From the NCBI GenBank assembly GCA_027622665.1, contig JAQBYT010000014.1, positions 1-64,000 of the forward strand: a stretch of 64,000 nucleotides of DNA, given 5' to 3'. The DNA is from Verrucomicrobiota bacterium (GTDB lineage Bacteria; Verrucomicrobiota; Verrucomicrobiia; Opitutales; Seribacteraceae). Positions within the stretch are counted from its first letter, which is position 1. Every line of letters starts with the position of its first letter. The notes under the pieces were generated by a model. It saw nothing but the letters and a program-made list of their open reading frames with translations, made no database searches and was not told where the DNA came from. The position numbers were made by a program, and so were the translations under genes. Positions 52,408 to 61,877 of the stretch are shown here, piece by piece.

Positions 52408-53318
52408 CGATTGTGCCGTGTATTGATCCAGCGTTTGGCCAGGTTGGTCGCATAGGCGAAAACTCCACGCGGAAGGCAAGGCTGGAATTGGGCTTGTATC
52501 GTTAGTGGAGGCTCAGTGATTTTTTCCGAATAGGCGTCGATCTTGGGTAACCATTCCTCTCGGTAAGATCCCAGCAGGTGAACCCCGAAGGTTTCTTTTT
52601 CGATGGATGCATTGGGATATAGGTTCCTCAGTTGAGTGGGCGAGACGACCTTGGATTGGCAAAGACTTGCCAATCCTGCCTGTGCGGTGGGCATAACCCA
52701 TTCGGGAATGGAGTGAAATTTGAATTGTCCGAGAAACCATTCCAAATATTCCCAATCGATCACTCGCTTGTCCCAACACACGATAGCCGTGGTGATCCCT
52801 TGCACGATGATTGGCCTTCTGCCGAAACCGAGAAGGTGCCGAGGACGCAGGCAATAGGCATCCCACTGAGTGTCCTGCAGAAACAAGGCTCCTCCCTGAA
52901 TTTTTGTTGAGTCAAAAAGCCCTGAGAAGGGACGTAGGAAAAGGATGTCCGCATCAATGTAAAAACTGATTGGGTTAGTAGGATCAGTGAACAAGGGATC
53001 GAAGAACTCGACCCCCCACAAAGAATTTTGCCTTATTGTTTGGCAATTCGGGCGACTGGCTAATTGATCTAGGGTTCTCTCCCTGGATTCTTCAGGATTT
53101 GAAAAGGTAGCTTGGTCACCCAATTGGTTCCTGATCTCTTGTCTATCGATCTCTTGCAGCGATCCATCTTCATGAATCAAAAGCTGCAGATCCTCCTGGC
53201 AATGACTGAGCAGAGAACGCAGACAACGGAGGTAGAATGATAGGTTTTGTTTTCCAATGAGGGATTGGACGATTAAGGGAGACGAACTTGACACTGGAGT
53301 CACGATCGTTCGAACCAA
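52401..53318 (-). CDS. Putative GT-A fold glycosyltransferase
   Basis: 'IHEDGSL' and DxD motif 'YIDADILF'; cluster context. Confidence 0.6.
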   Translation of the reverse strand: MVRTIVTPVSSSSPLIVQSLIGKQNLSFYLRCLRSLLSHCQEDLQLLIHEDGSLQEIDRQEIRNQLGDQATFSNPEESRERTLDQLASRPNCQTIRQNSLWGVEFFDPLFTDPTNPISFYIDADILFLRPFSGLFDSTKIQGGALFLQDTQWDAYCLRPRHLLGFGRRPIIVQGITTAIVCWDKRVIDWEYLEWFLGQFKFHSIPEWVMPTAQAGLASLCQSKVVSPTQLRNLYPNASIEKETFGVHLLGSYREEWLPKIDAYSEKITEPPLTIQAQFQPCLPRGVFAYATNLAKRWINTRHNRW

Positions 53319-54406
53319 GCTCGAACTGCACCTGCGATTCGTTCGATCGATCTCACGCTAAGTTCGGGATAAAGCGGTAGGCTTAAGTTCTTTCCGTAAA
53401 ATGCCTCGGTGTTTGGTAGGTCTTCCGCTCCGCTTATGCGTTCCGCATAAGCACGATGCTTGTGGACGGGCAGTGCATAGTGCAGACTGACTCCGATACC
53501 TTGTTCCTTTAGGTGCTCCATAAGCTCATCCCGCTGGTCGCACTCGATAACGTAGAGATGCATGGCATGAAGTTCCTTGGAATTCCGATGCGGGAGGGTG
53601 ATGGGCAAGTCACTCAACAATTCGTCATATCGCTTGGCTAATTGCCGCCTCTTCTCATTGGTTTCAGCAAGATATTTGAGCTTGACCCGGAGGATCGCGG
53701 CTTGAATTTCGTCCAGACGAGTGTTTACTCCTGTTTCAATGCTTTCACGGTTGTTATCCCAACCGTATTGACGCAAACTTTTCAAGTAATTTGCTTGCCG
53801 CTGGGTGGAGCACAGGATTACCCCCCCATCCCCGATGCCTCCTAAGTTTTTGGTCGGATAGCAACTATAGGCGGCCAGGTTCCCGAAAGTTCCAACTTTT
53901 TGCTTACCAACTTCTGCACCATGAGCTTGGGAGCAATCTTCAATTACGAGGAGATTATTGGCTTTCGCGAGCTTCATGATTTTAGCCATGTCGCAGGGTT
54001 GTCCGAAGATATGAACGGGTATAATTGCCCTAGTCTTTTCATTTATTCTCGATAGGGCCGATTCAGGGCAGATACAGCGAGTCACCGGATCAATGTCTGC
54101 CAATACGGGCAAGCAACCTGCCTGTTCGATCCCTGCAACCGTTGCCACTGCGGTATGAGAAACGGTGATCACTTCATCCCCGGTACCAAGCCTAAGGGCT
54201 CTGAGGCAAAGAGCTATGGCATCGGTGCCATTGGCTACGCCTACGGCATGCAGGTTAGGGCCATGGAAGTTAGCAAATTCATTCTCAAAAGACTCGACTT
54301 CCTGACCTAAAACATACCATCCGGAATCCAGAACTCGTCGGATCGCTTGGTCGATTTCATCTTTGTGCGATTTATAGGAGGCGGATGGGTCGCTGAATGG
54401 GATCAT
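53300..54406 (-). CDS. DegT/DnrJ/EryC1/StrS family sugar aminotransferase
   Basis: 'NGTDA', 'VHIFGQ', 'EDCSQAHGA', 'SCYPTKNLG..GDGG', 'RLDEIQAA'. Confidence 0.94.
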   Translation of the reverse strand: MIPFSDPSASYKSHKDEIDQAIRRVLDSGWYVLGQEVESFENEFANFHGPNLHAVGVANGTDAIALCLRALRLGTGDEVITVSHTAVATVAGIEQAGCLPVLADIDPVTRCICPESALSRINEKTRAIIPVHIFGQPCDMAKIMKLAKANNLLVIEDCSQAHGAEVGKQKVGTFGNLAAYSCYPTKNLGGIGDGGVILCSTQRQANYLKSLRQYGWDNNRESIETGVNTRLDEIQAAILRVKLKYLAETNEKRRQLAKRYDELLSDLPITLPHRNSKELHAMHLYVIECDQRDELMEHLKEQGIGVSLHYALPVHKHRAYAERISGAEDLPNTEAFYGKNLSLPLYPELSVRSIERIAGAVRAWFERS

Positions 54407-54419
54407 CAGGTGCTCGTAA

Positions 54420-55397
54420 TCAAATATAATGAGACAAGTCGTTGCGGAAGTACTCGACGGACTTGGAGATTCCTTGCCGGAAGTCTACCTTGGGTTCCCA
54501 CCCGAAGGCAGATTGGAAAGCTTTGTAGTTGCAGACGAAGTCGCCCACGTCGATCGCCTTGCGGTCTTCGGGAAAGGGAATCTTTTCGTAATTCGCTCCC
54601 TCTATTAGCTCGCACATCAGCTTAGCCGTATCCTCAAGTGTTAGAGGCTCGGGAGCTCCCAAATTAAAAATCTTACCCTCGGCTTCGGGTCTAGTCGCGG
54701 CGAGCAGAAGGGCATCGACCACATCGTCGACGTAGTTGTAGTCCCGCCTCTGTCGACCATCGCCGAACACGTGGATGGGTTTGCCTTCCAGTAAGTTTCG
54801 AATCCAGACACCCAAGAAGGTTTGCCGCGCATCCTTGATCCGCATCCTTGGACCATACGTATTAGTCAGACGAAGCACGCTGGCGGGAATGCCGTAGACG
54901 TCGTTGTATACGATGTGATACCACTCGCCCGCCATCTTGTTGACTCCGTTAATGTCGACTGGGTGGGATGGATGCTTTTCGTCGACAGGGAGGTATTGGG
55001 GTTTGCCGTAGATTTGTCGGGTACTCGCGAACACAATCCGAATCTCTGGATTATGCTTTCTGCACGCTTCGAGAATGGACAATTGAGCCTTGGCGTTGAT
55101 GTCCAAGTCGGTAAACGGATTTTCCATCGAGTCTAAGTGGCTAGTTTGCCCCGCTAAGTTGAACAAGTAGTCTTGTCCCTGCACCAATTGGTTCATCGAA
55201 AATGGATCACGCACATCAGACAAATTAATTGTCAATTGATCCCTTATGTCATATAAGTTTCTTTGGTTGCCCCCGTATTCGGGAATCAAACTGTCCACCA
55301 CCGTGACCTTCGCTCCATCGTGAACTAAGCGTCGGGCCAAGTTTGACCCGATGAATCCGAGTCCTCCGGTAATAAGCACCTTTTTACCTTCCATCAC
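54420..55397 (-). CDS. NAD-dependent sugar-nucleotide epimerase/dehydratase
   Basis: 'ITGGLGFIG', 'RLTNTYGP', 'GDG.Q.RD'; the usual YxxxK motif appears as 'NGVNK'. Confidence 0.92.
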   Translation of the reverse strand: MMEGKKVLITGGLGFIGSNLARRLVHDGAKVTVVDSLIPEYGGNQRNLYDIRDQLTINLSDVRDPFSMNQLVQGQDYLFNLAGQTSHLDSMENPFTDLDINAKAQLSILEACRKHNPEIRIVFASTRQIYGKPQYLPVDEKHPSHPVDINGVNKMAGEWYHIVYNDVYGIPASVLRLTNTYGPRMRIKDARQTFLGVWIRNLLEGKPIHVFGDGRQRRDYNYVDDVVDALLLAATRPEAEGKIFNLGAPEPLTLEDTAKLMCELIEGANYEKIPFPEDRKAIDVGDFVCNYKAFQSAFGWEPKVDFRQGISKSVEYFRNDLSHYI

Positions 55398-55465
55398 CTA
55401 GGGTATGTCGATTGATTAATCATCTTGATAGCAAAACGAAATAGCCATCTGTAATCTGTCGCAAA

Positions 55466-56014
55466 TCATTGCATGGTTCGATTCCCGATAACCCTAGCGG
55501 GGTTTCCCGCGACGATTTCATTTTCTTGAACGTCCTTGGTTACCACCCCTTGAGCTCCGACCACGGCGTTCTTTCCAATTGATACCCCGGGTAAAATCAT
55601 GGCTCTTGCTCCCACGAAGGCATGTGCACCAATGGTGATCTTGTCCGTTATAAGCCGAAAGGAAGCATTATCAATGTCGTGGGTTCCAGTGCAGAGGTAT
55701 GCCTCTTGAGCAATGGTGGCGCCCTCTAGGATTTCAACATGGCCCAAGGAGTATGCGTTCGCCCGTTCGCCCAAGCAGGCTCGGTGATGCATCGTCAGGT
55801 GCCATGGTATTTGTATGCGGGCCCGCTGATGGACGAAAGGCATTCCCGAAATTCGAGCACCGAAAATCTTGAGAACTAACAGTCTCCAAGGATTGAAAAA
55901 CTTCGGTGTCCATGAGCAGAGTAAAACCCAAAACAACTTCCAAACAAACAAAACCACATGTGTCCAGAGCGGCCATGGGTTTTGATAGGGATTGGATTGA
56001 TTCTTTGGATTCAT
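55466..56014 (-). CDS. wcaF: WcaF-like hexapeptide-repeat acetyltransferase
   Basis: 'LKIFGARI', 'PWHL', 'YLCTGTHD', 'AGNPA'. Confidence 0.85.
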   Translation of the reverse strand: MNPKNQSNPYQNPWPLWTHVVLFVWKLFWVLLCSWTPKFFNPWRLLVLKIFGARISGMPFVHQRARIQIPWHLTMHHRACLGERANAYSLGHVEILEGATIAQEAYLCTGTHDIDNASFRLITDKITIGAHAFVGARAMILPGVSIGKNAVVGAQGVVTKDVQENEIVAGNPARVIGNRTMQ

Positions 56015-57048
56015 ATAATTGCCTCTATGAATTTATCAGCAGTATGGGCAACGCCATTAAAAAAGGGCTTTGGGAGTTGTTGCGTTGATTTTATCAGTTG
56101 TTCCGAACTCTTGGGGTCATTGAGAAGAAAAATCTGGTCTTGAAAAGGCTCAAATACAAACAAGCTATCCTTTGGAGTGTCCCCGTCGTCATAAGCATAT
56201 ATGGGCAAGCCATGTTCGAGCATGGCCGCCGCCGCGCCACTCTTGCCGAGAACATCGTAGGGGGTGGTAGCCACGCCGCAATCGGCGAATTGCAGCTCGT
56301 GAGACAGTTCCTCGGATGTCAATCTACTGGTTTCTTCGACGGTAATGCCGTGCTTGCCAGCTTCTCGGTGCAGTTTCCTCAAACCCGTTTTTTCGCGGAC
56401 ATGACCGAGCATCCGAATGTTCCAGGGTCTCTTCATCGCAGTGAAGGTTTCGACAAGGCGTTCGAACAAGAGATCGTAGGGAAAGGTATCATAGGGTGTG
56501 CCGAAGAAGGCGATGTGAGCTACAGGGTCTGCATCCATTCGAGCAGAGGGAGCTTCCGCCCAAGGTATGTTGCCGAACAGGTACAGGTATTCGGCTTCGA
56601 CCCCCATCAGGTCCAAGCGATTCAAGGCGGCCGCATTGGTGGCGTGTACGGCGAAGGGCTGGGCAGTCTCGAGAAAACTTAGGATTTGATGGCGTTGACG
56701 CCCGCCAATCCACCGTTCGCGCCAAGTCGACTGCGGATAGGCGCCGATCCAGATTTCGTGAAACATTACTTGCAGGTGGCGTCCGGCCAAGGCTTTGGCC
56801 AAGCTTTGCAGACCTTGCCCTGGCAAACCTTTAGGATGAAAGGCGTAGGGGGCGAACTGAAGGCTGACGGCATCGCATGGCGGGAGGGAGTCGGCGGTTG
56901 TCGCTAGGGTGGCCCCGACCCTCGGATCCACACTCATCCTCATGCATTCGTGACCCAGACCCTCGAGCCTTTCGGAAAGCAGGCGAACATAGTCGCTTAC
57001 GCCACACTGCCCTGGGCGATAGGGGCCGAGGATGAAGAGGAATCTCAC
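56011..57048 (-). CDS. Glycosyltransferase (GT-B, family 4-like)
   Basis: 'CGVSDY', 'MFHEIW', 'KSG...AMLEHGLP'. Confidence 0.75.
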   Translation of the reverse strand: MRFLFILGPYRPGQCGVSDYVRLLSERLEGLGHECMRMSVDPRVGATLATTADSLPPCDAVSLQFAPYAFHPKGLPGQGLQSLAKALAGRHLQVMFHEIWIGAYPQSTWRERWIGGRQRHQILSFLETAQPFAVHATNAAALNRLDLMGVEAEYLYLFGNIPWAEAPSARMDADPVAHIAFFGTPYDTFPYDLLFERLVETFTAMKRPWNIRMLGHVREKTGLRKLHREAGKHGITVEETSRLTSEELSHELQFADCGVATTPYDVLGKSGAAAAMLEHGLPIYAYDDGDTPKDSLFVFEPFQDQIFLLNDPKSSEQLIKSTQQLPKPFFNGVAHTADKFIEAII

Positions 57049-57052
57049 GAAG

Positions 57053-58096
57053 TCATCCGATCCTTTTTCCAGAAGACCAATGTTTTGTCCATTTTGCCAA
57101 CTTATGGAAAGGTTTTTCTACAAGGAAGAAATAGCAAAAGGTACATCCCGCTAAAAAAATCCAATGAATGATGATGTTAAATCCCGTCCCAAGGTTTGGT
57201 AGTCCGGTATACTGGGTAAGTGAAGCGATGTGCCCGTGAACTAAATACAGGGAGTAACTGGCCAGACCTGCCTTCTCCAGAAGGATCCATGGAGGGCTTT
57301 CCCTGAAATGGAGAATTTCTTCTCGAAGCCAATACATCACTAAAATTGAGAAGAAATTCAGCGTGAAAGGATGTCCAATAATTTCCTGTAGAGCGAGGAA
57401 ATGAGTGACGAACCCTGCGATTAACACAGTTAATCGCAGTATAACTAATTTCTTGCTGTCAACCTGTTTTTCGAAGTCTACTTGCCCAGCAATTAGTACT
57501 CCGCATAGCCAACATGGAAGCCCTAGAAAGGGAGTGTATAAAGGCCCAAGCCCAGGATAGTTTACCGTGGTTAATTCAAAAAGGAATGGTGCTAGAAATG
57601 TGGGAGTCAGACTGATGAAAAATAGCATCCTCCACCCTTGCTGAGTATTTATTAATCCACGAATAAATGGATAGATAAAGTAGTAGAAAAGCTCACAGAC
57701 GATGGACCAGCCAATCAAGTTGTAGAAGGATATGTTTGGCCGATCGGTGGCTATGTTGATGATCATTATGACTCCAATGGGTCCTATGATCCTAATTGCT
57801 CGAGACAGTAGAAAAGGGATTACGTAGGCTTTCGACCACTTTTCTCGATAGGGGTAGTGAATACAGAACCCACTGATTACAAAAAATATGATCACTGCAG
57901 CAGGACCACAAAACAAAGTTGTGTAGCAACCATTGATGAACCATGCGACCAAACTGTTCGGATCGTGGCCAAGGGTAAGTGGAGGGTAGGCTCCATGGCT
58001 AAATGCTACCCACAGTGCGCACAAGAATCGGATGCTGTCCAATCCCCTCAGTCTGTGAGAGCTTGCTTTTGTTTTAGAGGTTTGATCGGTCGTCAT
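57053..58096 (-). CDS. Acyltransferase family 3 (membrane O-acyltransferase)
   Basis: 'GLDSIRF', 'FFVISGF', 'WSIVCELFYY', 'SYSLYLVH', 'VEKP'. Confidence 0.9.
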   Translation of the reverse strand: MTTDQTSKTKASSHRLRGLDSIRFLCALWVAFSHGAYPPLTLGHDPNSLVAWFINGCYTTLFCGPAAVIIFFVISGFCIHYPYREKWSKAYVIPFLLSRAIRIIGPIGVIMIINIATDRPNISFYNLIGWSIVCELFYYFIYPFIRGLINTQQGWRMLFFISLTPTFLAPFLFELTTVNYPGLGPLYTPFLGLPCWLCGVLIAGQVDFEKQVDSKKLVILRLTVLIAGFVTHFLALQEIIGHPFTLNFFSILVMYWLREEILHFRESPPWILLEKAGLASYSLYLVHGHIASLTQYTGLPNLGTGFNIIIHWIFLAGCTFCYFFLVEKPFHKLAKWTKHWSSGKRIG

Positions 58097-58105
58097 GTCC
58101 AGCTA

Positions 58106-58330
58106 TTATCTTAGTGTCTCGTTTCGTCTTACGATTTGTTTACGGAAGACATCGTAAGCTTCTTCGGCTGAAAGGACGGAAAGCTGTCCTTCCGAGACTT
58201 CGCGCCCCAGCACTGTTCCCTCGGGGTAGCCCCACTGGTCGGCGTGGAGTGTGGCGCTCTTGTACCAGGGACCAAGTAGGATGAGCGATGGAATCCTGAA
58301 TGCCCCTGCTAAGTGCATGCATAAAGAGGT
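58106..58330 (-). pseudogene. 3' fragment of a GT9 glycosyltransferase (paralog of 59962-61014)
   Basis: 'MHLAGAFRIPSLILLGPWYKSATLHADQWGYPEG' is 28/34 identical to the C-terminus of the intact GT9. Confidence 0.85.
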
Positions 58331-58494
58331 AAATGTCGGGCAACTGAATGAAACGTTTCTCCCGTTGCAGAATCTATGCTCTTGATTTGGCATGAATGCC
58401 CGAGTTTCTCCAGTTCTTTACCTGAGAGATCAATATAATCGCTGATTCCGCATTTGCCCAGCAGGAACTTGCCCATAAAAAAAGCGATCTTCAG
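58327..58494 (-). pseudogene. 5' fragment of a glycosyltransferase (paralog of 56011-57048)
   Basis: Manual translation 'LKIAFFMGKFLLGKCGISDYIDLSGKELEKLGHSCQIKSIDSATGETFHSVARHLP' aligns with 'MRFLFILGPYRPGQCGVSDYVRLLSERLEGLGHECMRMSVDPRVGATLATTADSLP'. Confidence 0.8.
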
Positions 58495-59965
58495 AAGTCC
58501 TCCTTTAAAAGGTTTTGAGAAAATCTAATTACCGTAGGATAATCACACAGCTTTTTGATTTGGTAATTATTTTTCTTGGCCCAGTTCTCGGGTTCGAAAT
58601 CGATCAAAGAATGGGAGCCTGAAAAGTAGAAGTGGTAGATGAATGTTTTGTGATTTTTCAAATCGTTTACGGAAGCAGGTGTCATAGCTTTGTTGAATCT
58701 TGGCAATTGGGTGAAATCCTCTTTGTTTGTGCGTAATAGAAAAGATTGGTTTACCCAAATAGGGTCGTGCAAAATTCTTAAAAACGTAGGAAGATGGTTT
58801 GTATAAAAAGGAAGATTTTCGTCGAGAACTTGTTTGTGGTCGAAATCCATCGAGCCAGCGTATAGAGGTACATTCAACGGCTTTTCATCCCAAATATTTC
58901 TCTTAGCCCAAGAGAAAGTAGAAACTAATGAAACAACCAAGATGATTATTTTGGATTTTCGATTAAGAATTGTTGGCATAATTCGAACGGAGAGCCAAAC
59001 CATCACCGCACATATACTAAATTGGCAGGGGATAAAGTACCTGTAATACATGCCTTCCCCAAATGTTTGGAGGAGTATAATTCCAATAAAAAAGGGGAAA
59101 AGGGAAAGAAGAGCTTGCCCTGCCGGAAGGTCATCTTTGATTGCGGAGTGTTTCCTGTTCCCACACAAGTGCACAAAAAATAGAGCAACAAAAAGCACAA
59201 GCGCAGGAGCTATGAGGGCTTTGTATATTGAAATAATTTGTCCGAAAGTGGCTTCGGGGGTGGTGCCTTTGTAAAACATAAATCCTAATTGTTGAGGTAA
59301 GAAAAAGAGGTACGCACCGAGGGTAGGGATAAGGAGAAATGCAATATAACTAAGCTTTCTGGTTATAGGGAAATTGCAGAACAACAAGGGAGTGCAAATA
59401 AGCAATGATATGGGTAACCCATAGTAGTGAGATAACGTGAGGGTTTGAAACCCCATCCACATGAAAAGAAATTTTTAAACGAGCAATCTTTTTGAAACCT
59501 TATGGCAAAAATGGCTAATGCCAATGTGGCGCAATAGTACAGGCAATAGGGACGAATGTAGATGACTTGCGTAAGGAATGCTGATTTGATGGTTGCTATG
59601 ATGACTGTGGAAAATGAGGCAATCCACGGGCTGACAAACACTTTTAAAAAGCGGTAACTGAGATACAAACTAAGCCAAAGTAAAGGCAGGTGCGCCCAAA
59701 GCAGGATGTTTTTTCCTAACCCAATAACTTCTACTAGCAAATAAGCCGTTAAAAAATACAAAGGGGGAAAAAAGTTTAGTCCTGAAGACATCGCCTCAAC
59801 AAGTCCTTCAAGGCTTTCTTGGTCAATTAAAGTCAAGGTTAGCAAGTCATCTGCTCCAATCCATTCGAAGTGGGCAAACTGGATGTTGAGATAAACGCTT
59901 TGAACAGATGCCGCCAATAAGAGCGGAAATAAATGAAGTTTAAATTTTAGAGCCTTCAGCATCAC
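58491..59965 (-). pseudogene. Polytopic membrane protein, ArnT/PMT-like (GT-C), split by a one-base frameshift near 59470
   Basis: Overlapping ORFs 59363-59965 and 58491-59462 join into one roughly 490-aa multi-TM protein; 'W..DD', 'FPPLYF', 'IRPY' motifs; AT-rich. Confidence 0.65.
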
Positions 59966-61014
59966 TTTTTTTTAAATTCCTTCACAATTAAATCATGGGC
60001 TTGGGAAACTCCGCAGATCGCAGGTTTGTTCTTTTCTTTCCCTATAACAATTCCCTCCGGATATCCCCATTGCTTGTAGTGGAGCTTGGCGCTGTCATAC
60101 CACTCGCCGAGCAAGGTTAGGGAAGGAATGCGGAACGCTCCGGCTAGGTGCATGGGGAGAGAACTGTTGGTTATCACGAAATCGGATTTGGCGACCATGG
60201 CCGCCGATTGTCGAAGTGACAATTCTCCGCAAAAATTTTCCATGCGCTGGGCTTTCGCCGATAGATCGCTTGTGGGAATTCTGCACCTGTCCTCTGAAGA
60301 TCCTATGATCGCAATCTTATGAACCGTTTGTTCGACAAACAGGTGCGCGAGCTTGGAGAATTTATCATTTCCCCAGCACTTTTCTGGGAAACCACCTCCG
60401 GGAGCGATGATGATGCGTTTTGATTCCGATTTTCTTTCGCCCCACCTGTTTTCCGCTTCCTGCTTTTCCCTGTCAGTCAGGAAAATGCGAGGGCGTGGTT
60501 CGATTTCGACTTTCGCATCAAGCAGCTCAAGGAAAGCAAGCCCGGCTTCTGCAACCTTTCGATCCTCTCTGAAGTCGACGCATGCCTCGCACCAAGTGTC
60601 TCCGCCCGCATAACCTCGAACGCCATAACGATTCGGGATGCCCGCGCGTCTTAGCAACCACGAACCCTGTCTGCTCCCCAAGATGTCGATCCCGTGAGTG
60701 TATCTTTGTCTTCTGACATACCGGGCTTCCCGCGAAAAGAGAATATAAGTCAAGCCTTCTAAGAAAGTACGAGGTGAGTTGGCTGGGAATCGGCAATTTT
60801 GCTTGTTGTGCCAAGGGGCGTTGCATTGAACTATTTCGTCAAGGTCTGTGTTGTTTTTAAGGAGACTTGCAGCCCAATCTCCAACACCCATGGAAATGTG
60901 TGATTCAGGAAATGCCTTCCTTAATCCGCGAACCAAGGGGGTGGCGACCAAAACGTCTCCCAAGTCATTGTTGCGTAGGATGAAGATTTTCTCGGGCTGT
61001 TTAATTTTATTCAG
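59962..61014 (-). CDS. Glycosyltransferase family 9 (heptosyltransferase-like)
   Basis: 'KIFILRNNDLGDVLVATP', 'KCWG', 'GELSLRQSAA', 'NSSLPMHLAGAF'; frame is open upstream of the tracked TTG (60963) to CTG 61014. Confidence 0.88.
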   Translation of the reverse strand: MNKIKQPEKIFILRNNDLGDVLVATPLVRGLRKAFPESHISMGVGDWAASLLKNNTDLDEIVQCNAPWHNKQNCRFPANSPRTFLEGLTYILFSREARYVRRQRYTHGIDILGSRQGSWLLRRAGIPNRYGVRGYAGGDTWCEACVDFREDRKVAEAGLAFLELLDAKVEIEPRPRIFLTDREKQEAENRWGERKSESKRIIIAPGGGFPEKCWGNDKFSKLAHLFVEQTVHKIAIIGSSEDRCRIPTSDLSAKAQRMENFCGELSLRQSAAMVAKSDFVITNSSLPMHLAGAFRIPSLTLLGEWYDSAKLHYKQWGYPEGIVIGKEKNKPAICGVSQAHDLIVKEFKKK

Positions 61015-61877
61015 GCAGGAGCCAAGGCTAGGGCATCAGTTGCAAAATTTCCCGGGTACTCTTCCGCACGGAAACGAGAAAGAAGTAGCGAACCTTGTTC
61101 AAGAAAAATTTCATTCGGACTATTCCCAAAGACCCCGAAATCTTCTTCCTTGCAGAGATAGAGTTCATACCCATGGGATTCCAAATATGCGAGAGGGGCA
61201 TTTGCAGATCTTCCATACCTAGCCTGGTTTTCGGGCATGATCTCTATGTAGATCGCCTTGACTCTGTGTTCGGAAAGGCATTTCCTCCAACCTTGCAGAG
61301 CGGGAAGTTCGTGCCCTTCTAGGTCAATTTTAGCGAAGTCCACCGAATCGGTTCCTTTGTTATCGCAATATTCATCCAGGAGAAGATTTTGGATCTCGAT
61401 TCCCGAATCCAGTTTCGTGGAAACATGCGATTGGCCGGATTGATTCGGTTCCAAGTGAAAGCGTGTCTTTCCAGTCGAGTCACTTACGCATACATGGTTC
61501 AAGGTGAATTCTTGATCGGGATGCAGATCGATCGATTGCTCCAGCAATTTTATCAAGTGGGGGTTTGCCTCAAACAAATGATAGCTTGAGGTGGGACGAT
61601 CCGGGACGAGACCAAACGAGCAAAATCCGACATTTGTCCCCAAATCGAAGAAAGTGCCATCCTTCGGCATGAGTGCATTGGCGATGTCAAAGAAATGAGG
61701 CTCGAACTCGTGCTGGATGAACACATTTCTTGGTTCGGGGTCGGAGAGATCAACGATTGCCCTTGAACCGTTGTTGAAATTAATTTCGCTAATCTTTTCC
61801 TGAAGACCCGCCTTGCAAAGAAAATCAATGCTTTTGTGCCGGTGGAAAAACCTAGGTAGCCAATGAAGAAGTTGCAT
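61011..61877 (-). CDS. FkbM family methyltransferase
   Basis: 'FDLGTNVG', 'FEANP', 'AKIDLEGHE'; start placed at ATG 61877. Confidence 0.87.
   Translation of the reverse strand: MQLLHWLPRFFHRHKSIDFLCKAGLQEKISEINFNNGSRAIVDLSDPEPRNVFIQHEFEPHFFDIANALMPKDGTFFDLGTNVGFCSFGLVPDRPTSSYHLFEANPHLIKLLEQSIDLHPDQEFTLNHVCVSDSTGKTRFHLEPNQSGQSHVSTKLDSGIEIQNLLLDEYCDNKGTDSVDFAKIDLEGHELPALQGWRKCLSEHRVKAIYIEIMPENQARYGRSANAPLAYLESHGYELYLCKEEDFGVFGNSPNEIFLEQGSLLLSRFRAEEYPGNFATDALALAPA

Noticed and set aside
58106..58393. 95-aa ORF as a standalone gene
   Set aside because: It is a chimera: an out-of-frame piece of the GT 5' stub fused to the GT9 3' stub.
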